From an uncultured Eubacteriales bacterium (GTDB taxonomy: Bacteria; Bacillota; Clostridia; Christensenellales; UBA1242): DNA of 64,000 bases. The notes under the pieces were generated by a model. The model ran no database searches and was not told the DNA's origin. It saw only the letters and a list, made by a program, of their open reading frames with translations. Shown piece after piece: positions 1 to 8,583 of this stretch (positions are counted from its first letter, which is position 1; every line of letters begins with the position of its first letter). The stretch spans positions 468 through 64,467 of the forward strand of contig CARNVA010000004.1 in the NCBI GenBank assembly GCA_949031345.1, written 5' to 3'. A program made the position numbers and the translations under genes.

Positions 1-210
1 ATTATTTAATTTACACTCAATTAGAGTAGTTCCACCGCCAACAAATTGATCTAAAACTAAATCATTTGGCTCCGAATAGCGAAGTATAATATTTTTTGCA
101 ACATACGGTGAAAAGTTTCCTCGGTATTTTGCATCATGAGTTGCCCATTTGCCACGGTTAGGAAAACTCCAAACAGTATTGGTTTCAAGCTCAAATTTTT
201 CTTCTTTCAT
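1..210 (-). CDS. DNA methyltransferase, N-terminal fragment (gene runs off the window start)
   Basis: The ATG at 208-210 overlaps the stop of the upstream endonuclease gene (TAATG). My translation is MKEEKFELETNTVWSFPNRGKWATHDAKYRGNFSPYVAKNIILRYSEPNDLVLDQFVGGGTTLIECKLNN. It contains an AdoMet-binding FxGxG-type motif (DQFVGGGTT). Confidence 0.5.
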   Translation of the reverse strand, partial: MKEEKFELETNTVWSFPNRGKWATHDAKYRGNFSPYVAKNIILRYSEPNDLVLDQFVGGGTTLIECKLNN

Positions 211-1073
211 TATTTGAGTAATTCCTTTAGTTTACCATTTTCTAATTCTTTGAGATTATAGATGTCATCCATAATATCAAAGGTTTCTTCCAAATTATGT
301 CTGGCACTTCTCCAAGCAGTTCCATCAGTTATCCAAACAAATTTAAATTTAGGAATACTTTTTGATTCTTCACTTAGCATTTTATAACTTCTTGCTGTTT
401 CGTTGAGTTTAGATCCTCCACCAAATCCGCCATAAAAGTTTGTTTCAATTGCATAAATACAATTATTTGTTTTTACAACAAAATCAAATCGCTTTTTTGC
501 TTTGCCATTATTAGAAAGAGCAGATAAATTAATATTCCATCTTTTTTCAATATCTGCCAAATACATTTCTTTAAAATAAGAAACATCCTTTTTTAGCCCA
601 ACATTAATAAGATGCTTTTCTACCATATCTTCCATAAGGTGTCCGCCACGATTTTTTCTTCCATTAGAATCCAACCCTACTTCAACACCAAGAACATAAT
701 CAACTAAGTTATTTATTATTCTATTTGAAATTAGTTCAAATAAACCTGATTTTTCCATAAACTCTGACAAAACATTAATATCCAAACTTTTATTAAATAC
801 AAAGTTTATATCCTGATTGTTATCATTAACCCTTATTTCATTACCTCTAACCGCAAGAAGAATAGGGATGCATTTAATGGTTTCGGGATACTTTTTTAAT
901 AAGTCCACAAAATCAGTTTTAATATTTTTTGATCCAACAAGTGAGTTTAAAATATTCAATTCAACTTTTATATTATCAACGTTGTTGTACACTTTTACAA
1001 AATCAACATAATAGGTATAATTTGAAATGCTCACTCTAAATTGGTTTAACCATTCTTTAAAATCTCTTTTCAT
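210..1073 (-). CDS. DpnII-family type II restriction endonuclease (GATC-type)
   Basis: 287-aa ORF. The N-terminus (FKEWLNQFRVSISNYTYYVDFVKVYNNVDNIKVELNILNSLVGSKNIKTDF) closely parallels my recollection of the pneumococcal DpnII endonuclease. It shares an operon with a Dam-type methylase. Confidence 0.7.
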   Translation of the reverse strand: MKRDFKEWLNQFRVSISNYTYYVDFVKVYNNVDNIKVELNILNSLVGSKNIKTDFVDLLKKYPETIKCIPILLAVRGNEIRVNDNNQDINFVFNKSLDINVLSEFMEKSGLFELISNRIINNLVDYVLGVEVGLDSNGRKNRGGHLMEDMVEKHLINVGLKKDVSYFKEMYLADIEKRWNINLSALSNNGKAKKRFDFVVKTNNCIYAIETNFYGGFGGGSKLNETARSYKMLSEESKSIPKFKFVWITDGTAWRSARHNLEETFDIMDDIYNLKELENGKLKELLK

Positions 1074-1076
1074 GTG

Positions 1077-1913
1077 TTATTCTCCTTTAATCTCTACGAG
1101 TGTTTTGTCCTTAGAATAATGCCAAAGGGCAATTTTAGGAATAAAAATATTGTTTTCAGAGATCAAGCCTTCTTCTTTAAAAATTTTAGTTACGCCACCT
1201 AAATATGTGCGTTCAGCATTTATATTTAATGAGTATTGCTTATCATTAATAATCAGGCTTAATTTTGCTGAATCTTTAGGTAATTCTTTCTCAATTTCTG
1301 ATGGTATCCTTAAAATTCTAGCACGAATATCGTTTAAACTAATCTTTTTGCTGACAACAATATCATAAGTATCGGCTTTTTGCTTATCTATCGCATGTTC
1401 GATTGACTTTTTCTTTAATGTTAAGTTCTCCAAAGCATTTGCATCAAAAACGGGTTTTAAGTTAAATCCCAACCCTATTGAAATACATTGTTGCACTAGA
1501 GTTCTACCATCTATTAAAATAATCTGTCTTGATTTATCTTCTTCCGCAAATTCTTTTGCTCCAGCAGGGAATTTTGCCGTTGTAATAAATATCCCTTTAT
1601 AATTCAACGGCATTACACCTCTTAACTCTCTTAAATCTTTTATGGATATTGTAGAAGATGGCTTATAACGTTTTGCTTGAATATAATATTTTACTTCATC
1701 TAAGTTAGACAAACCGTTAATTCCTGATTTTATACATGTCAAATCTATACCACCATCTCTTGATCTCTGTGTTACAGCAACTTCTTCGAGCCCGATTTTT
1801 TCTAAAAAGTATTTCAAGAACTCTTCAAATTCATAGCCATTATCAAATGAACTATAAAGTTTTTCCACACTTTCTTTTAATTCATTATCCGATAATTCTA
1901 TAATATTACTCAT
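1077..1913 (-). CDS. Mrr_cat (PD-(D/E)xK) nuclease-domain protein with an uncharacterised, possibly B3-like, C-terminal domain
   Basis: 278-aa ORF. The N-terminal half shows the Mrr_cat pattern (GYEFEEFLKYFLEKIG...RDGGIDL...YYIQAKRY). The C-terminal ~110 aa (KKISLNDIRARILRIPSEIEKELP...LIINDKQYSLNI...GGVTKIFKEEGL) resembles a B3/EcoRII-N pseudobarrel by eye. The start overlaps the Dam stop by 8 nt. Confidence 0.6.
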   Translation of the reverse strand: MSNIIELSDNELKESVEKLYSSFDNGYEFEEFLKYFLEKIGLEEVAVTQRSRDGGIDLTCIKSGINGLSNLDEVKYYIQAKRYKPSSTISIKDLRELRGVMPLNYKGIFITTAKFPAGAKEFAEEDKSRQIILIDGRTLVQQCISIGLGFNLKPVFDANALENLTLKKKSIEHAIDKQKADTYDIVVSKKISLNDIRARILRIPSEIEKELPKDSAKLSLIINDKQYSLNINAERTYLGGVTKIFKEEGLISENNIFIPKIALWHYSKDKTLVEIKGE

Positions 1914-2817
1914 CAGTTTTTCTCCTTTTGTAATTCAATACAACAATTTCAGTTATATCTCCTCGCCTGCTAGCTTGGCAATTTATCATTCTTTTTGCAA
2001 AAACTCTTTCAATTTCAAATCCTTCATATATATCATCAAAGAAATTATCTTCTTCATTAGTGTTCTTTGGATCAGAGTTTGAAAGCATTAACAAACAACC
2101 TTTTTTATTGAGTTCTTTATAATTATCTGCAAGTTTAATTTGATCGTTATCATCAAAACCTGATTTATCATAGCTCACAAAAGAATTCTTTTCTATAAGT
2201 GGTCTATATGGTGGGTCAAAATATATAAATGCATTTTTATCTGCTTTGTCTAAAACTTGTTCATAACCCCCAAAATTAATTTCTACTCTTTGCAATAATT
2301 TAGAGCATAATCTCAAATTGTCTTGGTCGCAAATTAATGGATTTTTATATCTACCATGTGGCACATTAAATTTGCCATCCCTATTAACACGATAAAGTCC
2401 ATTAAAACAAGTTCTATTTAAGAATATAAAGTCAGCACATTTTTCAAAGTCCAGATGTCCGTTTAAGTGAATTTCATTATATCTGTTTCTTACTTCGTAG
2501 AAATAACTGTTTCTATCTACACAAGATAAATATTCATTTTCTAATGCTTTTAATTGCTTTATAACTTCTTCAATATCTGCCTTAATGCAACGATAACAAT
2601 TTATAAGTTCTTTATTGATGTCATTAATATATGCTTTTTTTATTTCATAATTTTGCAACACATTGAAAAGCACAGCACCACCACCAACAAACGGCTCAAT
2701 ATATGTTTCAATTTTTCCATCAATTAATGCTTGCGGATACAGTTCTTCAAACTTGTTTAGAAGTTGACCTTTTCCACCAGCCCACTTTAAAAAAGGTTTA
2801 GCAACTCCTTTACACAT
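1906..2817 (-). CDS. Dam-family N6-adenine DNA methyltransferase (GATC-type)
   Basis: 303-aa ORF with KPFLKWAGGKGQLL, EPFVGGGAVLFN (FxGxG) and FIYFDPPY (DPPY) motifs typical of the Dam/DpnM D12 class. Confidence 0.85.
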   Translation of the reverse strand: MCKGVAKPFLKWAGGKGQLLNKFEELYPQALIDGKIETYIEPFVGGGAVLFNVLQNYEIKKAYINDINKELINCYRCIKADIEEVIKQLKALENEYLSCVDRNSYFYEVRNRYNEIHLNGHLDFEKCADFIFLNRTCFNGLYRVNRDGKFNVPHGRYKNPLICDQDNLRLCSKLLQRVEINFGGYEQVLDKADKNAFIYFDPPYRPLIEKNSFVSYDKSGFDDNDQIKLADNYKELNKKGCLLMLSNSDPKNTNEEDNFFDDIYEGFEIERVFAKRMINCQASRRGDITEIVVLNYKRRKTDE

Positions 2818-3034
2818 TTTGATTCTCCTTAATAATTTCCATTACATCTGAAATATCACAACTAAGAACTTTACATATCCTTAAGAGTACATCTAAACTC
2901 ACTTGCTCATTTTTACCCATCTTTGCTAGAGTTGAAGTTCCAATATCTGCTTTCATTCTTAAATCTGTTTTTGTCATGTTTTTATCAATTAGTTGTTTCC
3001 ATAGTTTATTATATGAAATACTCATTTTAAACAC
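2810..3034 (-). CDS. XRE-family helix-turn-helix protein, candidate R-M controller
   Basis: 74-aa ORF. The HTH signature is MTKTDLRMKADIGTSTLAKMGKNEQVSLDVLLRICKVL. It is the first gene of the R-M operon and overlaps the methylase start by 8 nt. Confidence 0.7.
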   Translation of the reverse strand: MFKMSISYNKLWKQLIDKNMTKTDLRMKADIGTSTLAKMGKNEQVSLDVLLRICKVLSCDISDVMEIIKENQNV

Positions 3035-3141
3035 CTCAAAATTTTATACAATCATAGTATACATAAAAAATATTAAAAACACAACAAAATATTCGCCTTT
3101 TGAAATAATTTATTTTATTTTTAATATTTTGATTGTAAATA

Positions 3142-3178
3142 AAAAGATACTTTATCAAAAAATGATAAAGTATCTTTT
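3142..3178. repeat. Perfect palindrome (16-bp arms, 5-nt centre) between divergent HTH genes
   Basis: AAAAGATACTTTATCA-AAAAA-TGATAAAGTATCTTTT, read directly from the sequence. Confidence 0.8.
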
Positions 3179-3355
3179 AAACATTTCGCTAGTTTCAAAA
3201 TTTACAGCCTATCGCAGTTTTTTATTTTCTCACTAATGAGACTAAAAATAAACAAAAGAAGATTTATGTATTATAGTACTCATTTTGAGCGGCATTGAAA
3301 ATTTTTATGTATTTTGCTTTCATAGTAAAATATATTTTTAATTTATAATTAAATC

Positions 3356-3667
3356 ATGATATTTGAAATGGATATGAAAGAAATTTTGACAAGATTAGGC
3401 TATGTCAGAAATCAAGCAAATTTATCAGCCAGACAATTAAGTTTACAATTAGGAAAAAGTCCTCAATACATAGCGCAAATAGAAAATGGCCGAATAGCAT
3501 TAACGATTGAAAGACTTTTGCAAATACTTGAAATTTGCAATTTTTCTGTTGAAAGATTTTTCAGCCCCAATATTCAAAGCCATTATGAAGACAAAGAGCT
3601 CGTAAATCTTATTATGGAATTATCGCAAGACAAAAAGAAAAATATTATTGAGTTTATAAGAAAATAA
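3356..3667 (+). CDS. XRE-family helix-turn-helix transcriptional regulator
   Basis: 103-aa ORF. The HTH signature is LSARQLSLQLGKSPQYIAQIENGRIALTIERLLQILEI. Confidence 0.7.
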   Translation: MIFEMDMKEILTRLGYVRNQANLSARQLSLQLGKSPQYIAQIENGRIALTIERLLQILEICNFSVERFFSPNIQSHYEDKELVNLIMELSQDKKKNIIEFIRK

Positions 3668-3689
3668 CCTGTACAGATAAGGTTTTCAA

Positions 3690-4271
3690 ATGGCAAGTTG
3701 TAGTATAATCGGACATAGAGAATTTAAAACAAATTAAGATGAAAATAAAAAGCTTAAAAAGTTGATTGCAGACTTAATTTTAAATAAAAATGTGGATATC
3801 TTTCTTTTCAGCAGCAAAAGCGAGTTTGTAGATGAAGTTTGGGAAATTGTAAGCTCATTGCAATCAACTGATTTTACTTCAATCAAAATGGTGGCATTTG
3901 ATTGCAGAAATGAAAGCTCAATTTTAAAAACGGAAAAAGAAACAGTTGAAAAAAGAATTTCAAAAATTCTCAATAAAGAAATAAAATTTCAATATTTCGA
4001 TGAAATAGTAAAATGTGAAAAGTCTTATAATGATGGCAAGAATGCTTACATAATTCGCAACCAACAAATAATTGATGAAAGCGACATTTGCCTTTTTTAT
4101 TACGATCCCAATTATACACCACCTCATAATGAAAAACATTTTCAAACAAAAAAAAGTGGCACCATGCAGGCTTATCAATATGCGTTGCGCAGGAAAAGAC
4201 CAATAATAAATTTCTTTGAGTTAAGTGAAATACCCTCTGCGTCAAACCAAACTTTTCTCAACAAACAATAA
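3690..4271 (+). pseudogene. SLOG/DUF1273-like protein interrupted by an in-frame TAA
   Basis: ATG at 3690 gives MASCSIIGHREFKTN, then TAA at 3735-3737. The same frame continues DENKKLKKLIADLILNKNVDIFLFSSKSEFVDEVWEIV... The CxxxGHR start followed by a Rossmann-like segment matches my recollection of clostridial DUF1273 proteins. The tracked ORF at 3762 starts at a TTG. Confidence 0.45.
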
Positions 4272-4316
4272 AAAAATAAAAAATTAAAGCCAAAAATCAC
4301 TTAATAAACAAAGTCG

Positions 4317-4351
4317 CAAAAAAACTCTTCTAATTTAAGAAGAGTTTTTGT
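4317..4351. terminator. Bidirectional Rho-independent terminator
   Basis: 8-bp stem ACTCTTCT/AGAAGAGT with a 6-nt loop, flanked by an A run and a T run, between convergent genes. Confidence 0.7.
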
Positions 4352-4363
4352 TTTAACGATTTT

Positions 4364-7300
4364 TTACAATGCTGTATACCCAAGCTCTGCAAGTTTTTCC
4401 ATTGTTAAGTTTCCTCCGCTGCTGCTTATCCATGAAAACCCTTTTGGCAATGGTTGATCGTTTACTGCCAGTGTCCAGTTTGCAAATGGGTTTGTTTCGC
4501 TGCTATGGGTCACATACTTCTTTACTATGTTGTCGTTATCCTTGTTCTGTATATACAAGCTGCTCTTGATTGTTCCGCTTCCCTTTGTAATGGCATAGTT
4601 TGTTGTAGAGTTTGCAAAGCAGTCAATTACGCTTCCGCCGTTTAAGTTGCCTGTAAGAAGGCCTGTATTACTTCCTCCTGTTACGCTTCCAATAAAACCA
4701 CATGATTGCAAGGTTATTCCGCTTGTTGTTGTTTGGCCGAGTATTCCTCCACAGTCTGCATTTGATGCCGACGCTGTTACGCTGCCCTTCATATAGCAGT
4801 TTTCAAGGCGTGTACCTGTTCCGCCATTACGCCCAAGGATTCCTCCTACATAGTCATTTCCGTTTACGCTTCCATAGTTATAGCTTGACAAAATTGATGT
4901 GCTTACTCCATAGCCTATCATTCCTACATTGTTGTGTCCTGTCACTGTTGCTCCGCTTCGGCAGTTTTCTATGCTTCCGTTGTTGAGGTTGCCGACTATC
5001 GAGCCAACATTATCATAGCCTCGGATAGTACCCGATATGATATTCACATTCTTTATCGTTGCATTTCTTGTATAACCAAACAGACCTACATTTGAATAGA
5101 GATAATAGCCAGATTCACTCTCAACTCTCGCACTTGAGGTGGTAAGATTTGTTATCAAATAACCATTGCCATCATAATTGCCTTGAAAAGCTGTCTTCTC
5201 ACTGCCTATCGGCAACCACAATCTTCCACTTAAATCTATACTTTCAGTCTGCTTAAAATACTTTCCTGCAAAAGTTATACCATTTGCCACCGCTTTTGAA
5301 ATGTACGCAAGGTCTTCCTTGCATGAAATAAAATATGGATCGTTTATTGTTCCACTTCCAGTTAGACCGCTTGAAGCATAAGTGTTCCATGTTTCATCCC
5401 ACTGCGCAAATAAGGTAATATTATTTGTAAAATTTGAAACATATTGTCTTTCATAAAATTTTGTACCACTGCCATTAGCACTTGTGTTCCAACCTTTAAA
5501 TAAATAATCATTTCTAGAAAACGCATTGCTTGTCAACTGTTTAGCAGCACTGTTGTAAGTCAATTGCATACTTTCCATGTTGCCAACTCCGCCATTTGAA
5601 TTAAAGCAAATGTTTATTGTTTTAGGCGTCCAGTGTGCATATAATGTATGATTACCCACAATCGTCACCGTTGCATTGCTTTCGATCTTACTTCCACCAC
5701 TTAAATCTGTATACCAGCCATCAAAGTCATAGCCTATTCTGTCATTAACAAGAGGCAGATGTCCATAACTCGAATTAAATTTTACATTTTTTTCGACATT
5801 ATTTCCATTCATCACCCAATCTTTCAATTCGTAAATGTAAAAACTTCCTCCGTTTGCATTGGCCGTGACTTTATAAGTGTTTGCCTCCCACACTGCATAC
5901 AAATCAACGGTAGAAGCACCAGCAGTCGTCAATTTGCTTACACTTGCTCCATCAGAATAGATTACTCCACCGTTTGCGCTTGTAGCCCATCCTTTAAATG
6001 TATATCCCGGCCGGACAAAAGTATTCCTTTGTAAAGCATGAGGTGTGCCATATGTAAACCCGCCTTGTGATGTTGTTGTATACGGAGAAAAGTTGGAATT
6101 AAACCGGACTGAATATGATATCCCTGTCCAGTGCGCGTAAATAGTGTGATCGCATGCCGTTGTCATTTTTGTAGAAGAGCTTACCACTGTTCCACCAATT
6201 GCTTCTGTATACCATCCTGTAAAATTATAGCCCGTTCTTGTAGGTGTTGGAAGTGTGTCATAAGTTGAATCATAATTGATACTTTTAGTTGCTATAGACC
6301 CACTGCCAGTCCATCCAGTTGTATATGGAATGCTTCCGTATTCGCCATTTACATCTGCAGTCACCGTGTATGAATTTGATACCCAATGTGCATATATTGT
6401 GCGGTTGCCTAAAGTTGTCACTTTTGTAGAAGATGAAACATATGTCCCGCCACTTGCTGAGGTATACCAACCTAAAAAACTATCTCCCGTTCTTGTAGGT
6501 GTTGGAAGGTGGCCATATTTGCTGTCATAATAAACCGTCTTTTTTGAAGTTAAAACACTTCCGCCATTGGGATCAAAGAGCAAATCATATTCATTTGCAG
6601 GACAATACGCATAAAAATAAGGGTTTATAGTGTAGGCTACACAATCGGCATTATTCTGATATGTCGAAAGTTTTACATTGTTTGAGTCTCTCCATTCTTG
6701 AAAATGATAACCCGTCTTAACAGAAGTTGCAGGCAAACGGTATTTCTTACCATATTCTGTTGTCACCGAACCTATATAACTGGTTGTAGTACCGACATCA
6801 GGAGAGTAATATTTGTGATAGTGCTTGGCATCTACAGATTTTGCTGACACATAAAAATCCACCTTGAATGAAACATTTCCCCAGATTCCAACAGCAAGTT
6901 GAGCATTTTTGCTACTATCGTAGTTAGCATCTGCATAACTATCAAAATTGGTTACTTTCTTCTCAAACTTCTCAAAATCACCATCCGCATATATATTTGC
7001 ATAAACATCATAATAATATGACCTAAACCCTTCAAGGTATAAGTTTACAGCACAGTCTTTATTACTGATGGCTGAGCCTGAAGTTGAGCTTGAGTTTGAT
7101 GTTGATGAAGAGTTTATGAAGGCGTGCCCCCAGTCAAAGTCTGGGTCTGGGCCATCTATGCCCTGTTTAACATTATAAGAAGCACCGGGCCCGTAAATTG
7201 AGTATGTATGTCCGTCAGAGGTGACTGATAAAGTATTCTTAGTTGCATCCAAATTGCTTTTCAACGCGCCACCACTTGCATAAAGATATATGGTCGTTCT

Positions 7301-7426
7301 TATCGTCTTTGCGTCAGTCTGTATATTTTTAAGCTGTGGCGTAAAAAGAATAAGCAATCCACATGCCAAACAAATCAAACATATAAATGAAAGTGAAAAA
7401 TATTTAAAATTTCTTTTCATTTTCAT
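4364..7426 (-). CDS. Large surface protein A: Listeria-Bacteroides (Flg_new) repeats plus a C-terminal GLUG-repeat module
   Basis: 1020-aa ORF with an N-terminal hydrophobic signal/anchor (FSLSFICLICLACGLLILF). About 5 repeats carry the G(Y/F)xFxGW(Y/N)T...(T/L)(I/L)YA(H/V)W signature. The C-terminal ~330 aa has GLUG-like units (NVGLFGY, VGSIVGN, VGGILGR, CGGILGQ). It is paralogous to 37270-40659, 49856-53407 and 58570-61593. Confidence 0.8.
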   Translation of the reverse strand: MKMKRNFKYFSLSFICLICLACGLLILFTPQLKNIQTDAKTIRTTIYLYASGGALKSNLDATKNTLSVTSDGHTYSIYGPGASYNVKQGIDGPDPDFDWGHAFINSSSTSNSSSTSGSAISNKDCAVNLYLEGFRSYYYDVYANIYADGDFEKFEKKVTNFDSYADANYDSSKNAQLAVGIWGNVSFKVDFYVSAKSVDAKHYHKYYSPDVGTTTSYIGSVTTEYGKKYRLPATSVKTGYHFQEWRDSNNVKLSTYQNNADCVAYTINPYFYAYCPANEYDLLFDPNGGSVLTSKKTVYYDSKYGHLPTPTRTGDSFLGWYTSASGGTYVSSSTKVTTLGNRTIYAHWVSNSYTVTADVNGEYGSIPYTTGWTGSGSIATKSINYDSTYDTLPTPTRTGYNFTGWYTEAIGGTVVSSSTKMTTACDHTIYAHWTGISYSVRFNSNFSPYTTTSQGGFTYGTPHALQRNTFVRPGYTFKGWATSANGGVIYSDGASVSKLTTAGASTVDLYAVWEANTYKVTANANGGSFYIYELKDWVMNGNNVEKNVKFNSSYGHLPLVNDRIGYDFDGWYTDLSGGSKIESNATVTIVGNHTLYAHWTPKTINICFNSNGGVGNMESMQLTYNSAAKQLTSNAFSRNDYLFKGWNTSANGSGTKFYERQYVSNFTNNITLFAQWDETWNTYASSGLTGSGTINDPYFISCKEDLAYISKAVANGITFAGKYFKQTESIDLSGRLWLPIGSEKTAFQGNYDGNGYLITNLTTSSARVESESGYYLYSNVGLFGYTRNATIKNVNIISGTIRGYDNVGSIVGNLNNGSIENCRSGATVTGHNNVGMIGYGVSTSILSSYNYGSVNGNDYVGGILGRNGGTGTRLENCYMKGSVTASASNADCGGILGQTTTSGITLQSCGFIGSVTGGSNTGLLTGNLNGGSVIDCFANSTTNYAITKGSGTIKSSLYIQNKDNDNIVKKYVTHSSETNPFANWTLAVNDQPLPKGFSWISSSGGNLTMEKLAELGYTAL

Positions 7427-7521
7427 AGGCTCCTATATTTAGTTTAACAAATTTTTTATAATATAAACTATATAAAGCTTTTCAATAACATTTATTATAA
7501 AATAATAAATAATATAATTTA

Positions 7522-7549
7522 ATTTTACCCCCCCCCGATTTATTGTCAA
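7522..7549 (-). promoter_or_regulatory. Sigma-A-type promoter with a G9 tract in the spacer (surface gene A)
   Basis: Minus strand 7549->7522 reads TTGACA ATAAATC GGGGGGGGG TAAAAT. The plus-strand C9 is at 7528-7536 and the spacer is 16 nt. The promoter lies ~95 nt upstream of the ATG at 7426. Confidence 0.7.
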
Positions 7550-7649
7550 ATGTTTTACCGTATTTTTTTTTACTTTAGTAATTTTTCTTAAAAATCGTTT
7601 TCTAAAAATCAACATCAACATAATAATTTAAATATGATTTTAGACAATA

Positions 7650-7685
7650 AAAAACCCTTCTTAATAATAAGAAGAGCCTTTTTAT
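7650..7685 (-). terminator. Rho-independent terminator of the 7688-7921 gene
   Basis: The minus strand reads GGCTCTTCTTATTATTAAGAAGGGTTTTTT: a stem-loop followed by a T run. Confidence 0.6.
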
Positions 7686-7687
7686 AA

Positions 7688-7921
7688 TTAGTCAATCCAC
7701 CAAACATGACCAATGATGAGTATACAAAGCATATCAATCAACCATAAGAATGGAATGCCAATGATGATGAAAATGACAGCAATAAGCACACCAACCCAGT
7801 TTTGTTTATCTACAGATCTGATTATTCTATAAACAACCCAAACGATGTCAAGAAATGGAAGTGCAAGCAACACCTTTACAAGCAAAGGCAATTTTTCCAT
7901 TGCAACGATAAAGCTTTTCAT
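7688..7921 (-). CDS. Small integral membrane protein (hypothetical)
   Basis: 77-aa ORF with two clear hydrophobic segments (LLVKVLLALPFLDIVWVVY; VGVLIAVIFIIIGIPFLWLIDMLCILII). Confidence 0.5.
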   Translation of the reverse strand: MKSFIVAMEKLPLLVKVLLALPFLDIVWVVYRIIRSVDKQNWVGVLIAVIFIIIGIPFLWLIDMLCILIIGHVWWID

Positions 7922-8020
7922 GATTTTCCTCCTTTATATTCTATATATATTTTACTACACCTTTTCTTTTTGTCAATCATAAAGTTATCAAAAATTTAAA
8001 ACTTTTCATCTCAAATATTG

Positions 8021-8506
8021 TCACCTTACAATTATGCCTTCAATATGAATTGGCATAACTTCAAAAAAAGAATAATTTTGAAGAGGTTTGTCTTTGGCAT
8101 CATTTGAATGGGCACACACTATGATTTGTCTGCCTATAATATTTGTCACAATCACACTATGGTTAAAATGCGTGGGGTTTTGGCGCAGCTGCAATATATC
8201 ACCAATCATAACTTGATTCAATTGAACAACCCTTCCATAAGGCCCAACACTTTTATCCTTTCTCAACAGAAATTTCATTAAAGCATCAACTGATGTCCAG
8301 CTTGGCGAACGCGACGCTTGAGAGTTATAAAACCAGCCATTATGCCGGTCATAATTCATCACGCCGCCACCTGAGAGAAGACATTGCGAAACAAAGTTTG
8401 TACAATCTCCGCCAATGCCTCCAAAATGATAATATTCTGGATTGGCAGAAAGCGCCCATCTTCTAGCATAAGCCGCCGCTTTAGCCCTATCGTAATTTTT
8501 AACCAT
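8021..8506 (-). CDS. Putative amidase-domain protein (Amidase_6-like)
   Basis: 161-aa ORF. YDRAKAAAYARRWALSANPEYY...GGDCTNFVSQCLLSGG matches the remembered signature of the putative amidase domain family. Confidence 0.5.
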   Translation of the reverse strand: MVKNYDRAKAAAYARRWALSANPEYYHFGGIGGDCTNFVSQCLLSGGGVMNYDRHNGWFYNSQASRSPSWTSVDALMKFLLRKDKSVGPYGRVVQLNQVMIGDILQLRQNPTHFNHSVIVTNIIGRQIIVCAHSNDAKDKPLQNYSFFEVMPIHIEGIIVR

Positions 8507-8583
8507 AGTTTGTTATATGATAATTTTTCAGTATTTGACAATAGATTATTTAAAAAAGCCAGGTTTCAAACCTGACCATTTAA

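Noticed and set aside
7439-7621. 60-aa minus-strand ORF upstream of surface gene A
   Set aside because: It spans the poly-G promoter and AT-rich leader. It has no RBS, and its low-complexity translation includes GGV from the G run. It is an artefact of an open frame in non-coding DNA.
4317-7685. Similarity between the terminator hairpins flanking surface gene A (4317-4351 versus 7650-7685) as evidence of a flanking duplication like that around gene B
   Set aside because: Only ~30 nt of low-complexity A/T-flanked hairpin (CTCTTCT...AGAAG) are shared. That is too short and compositionally biased to claim homology without statistics.
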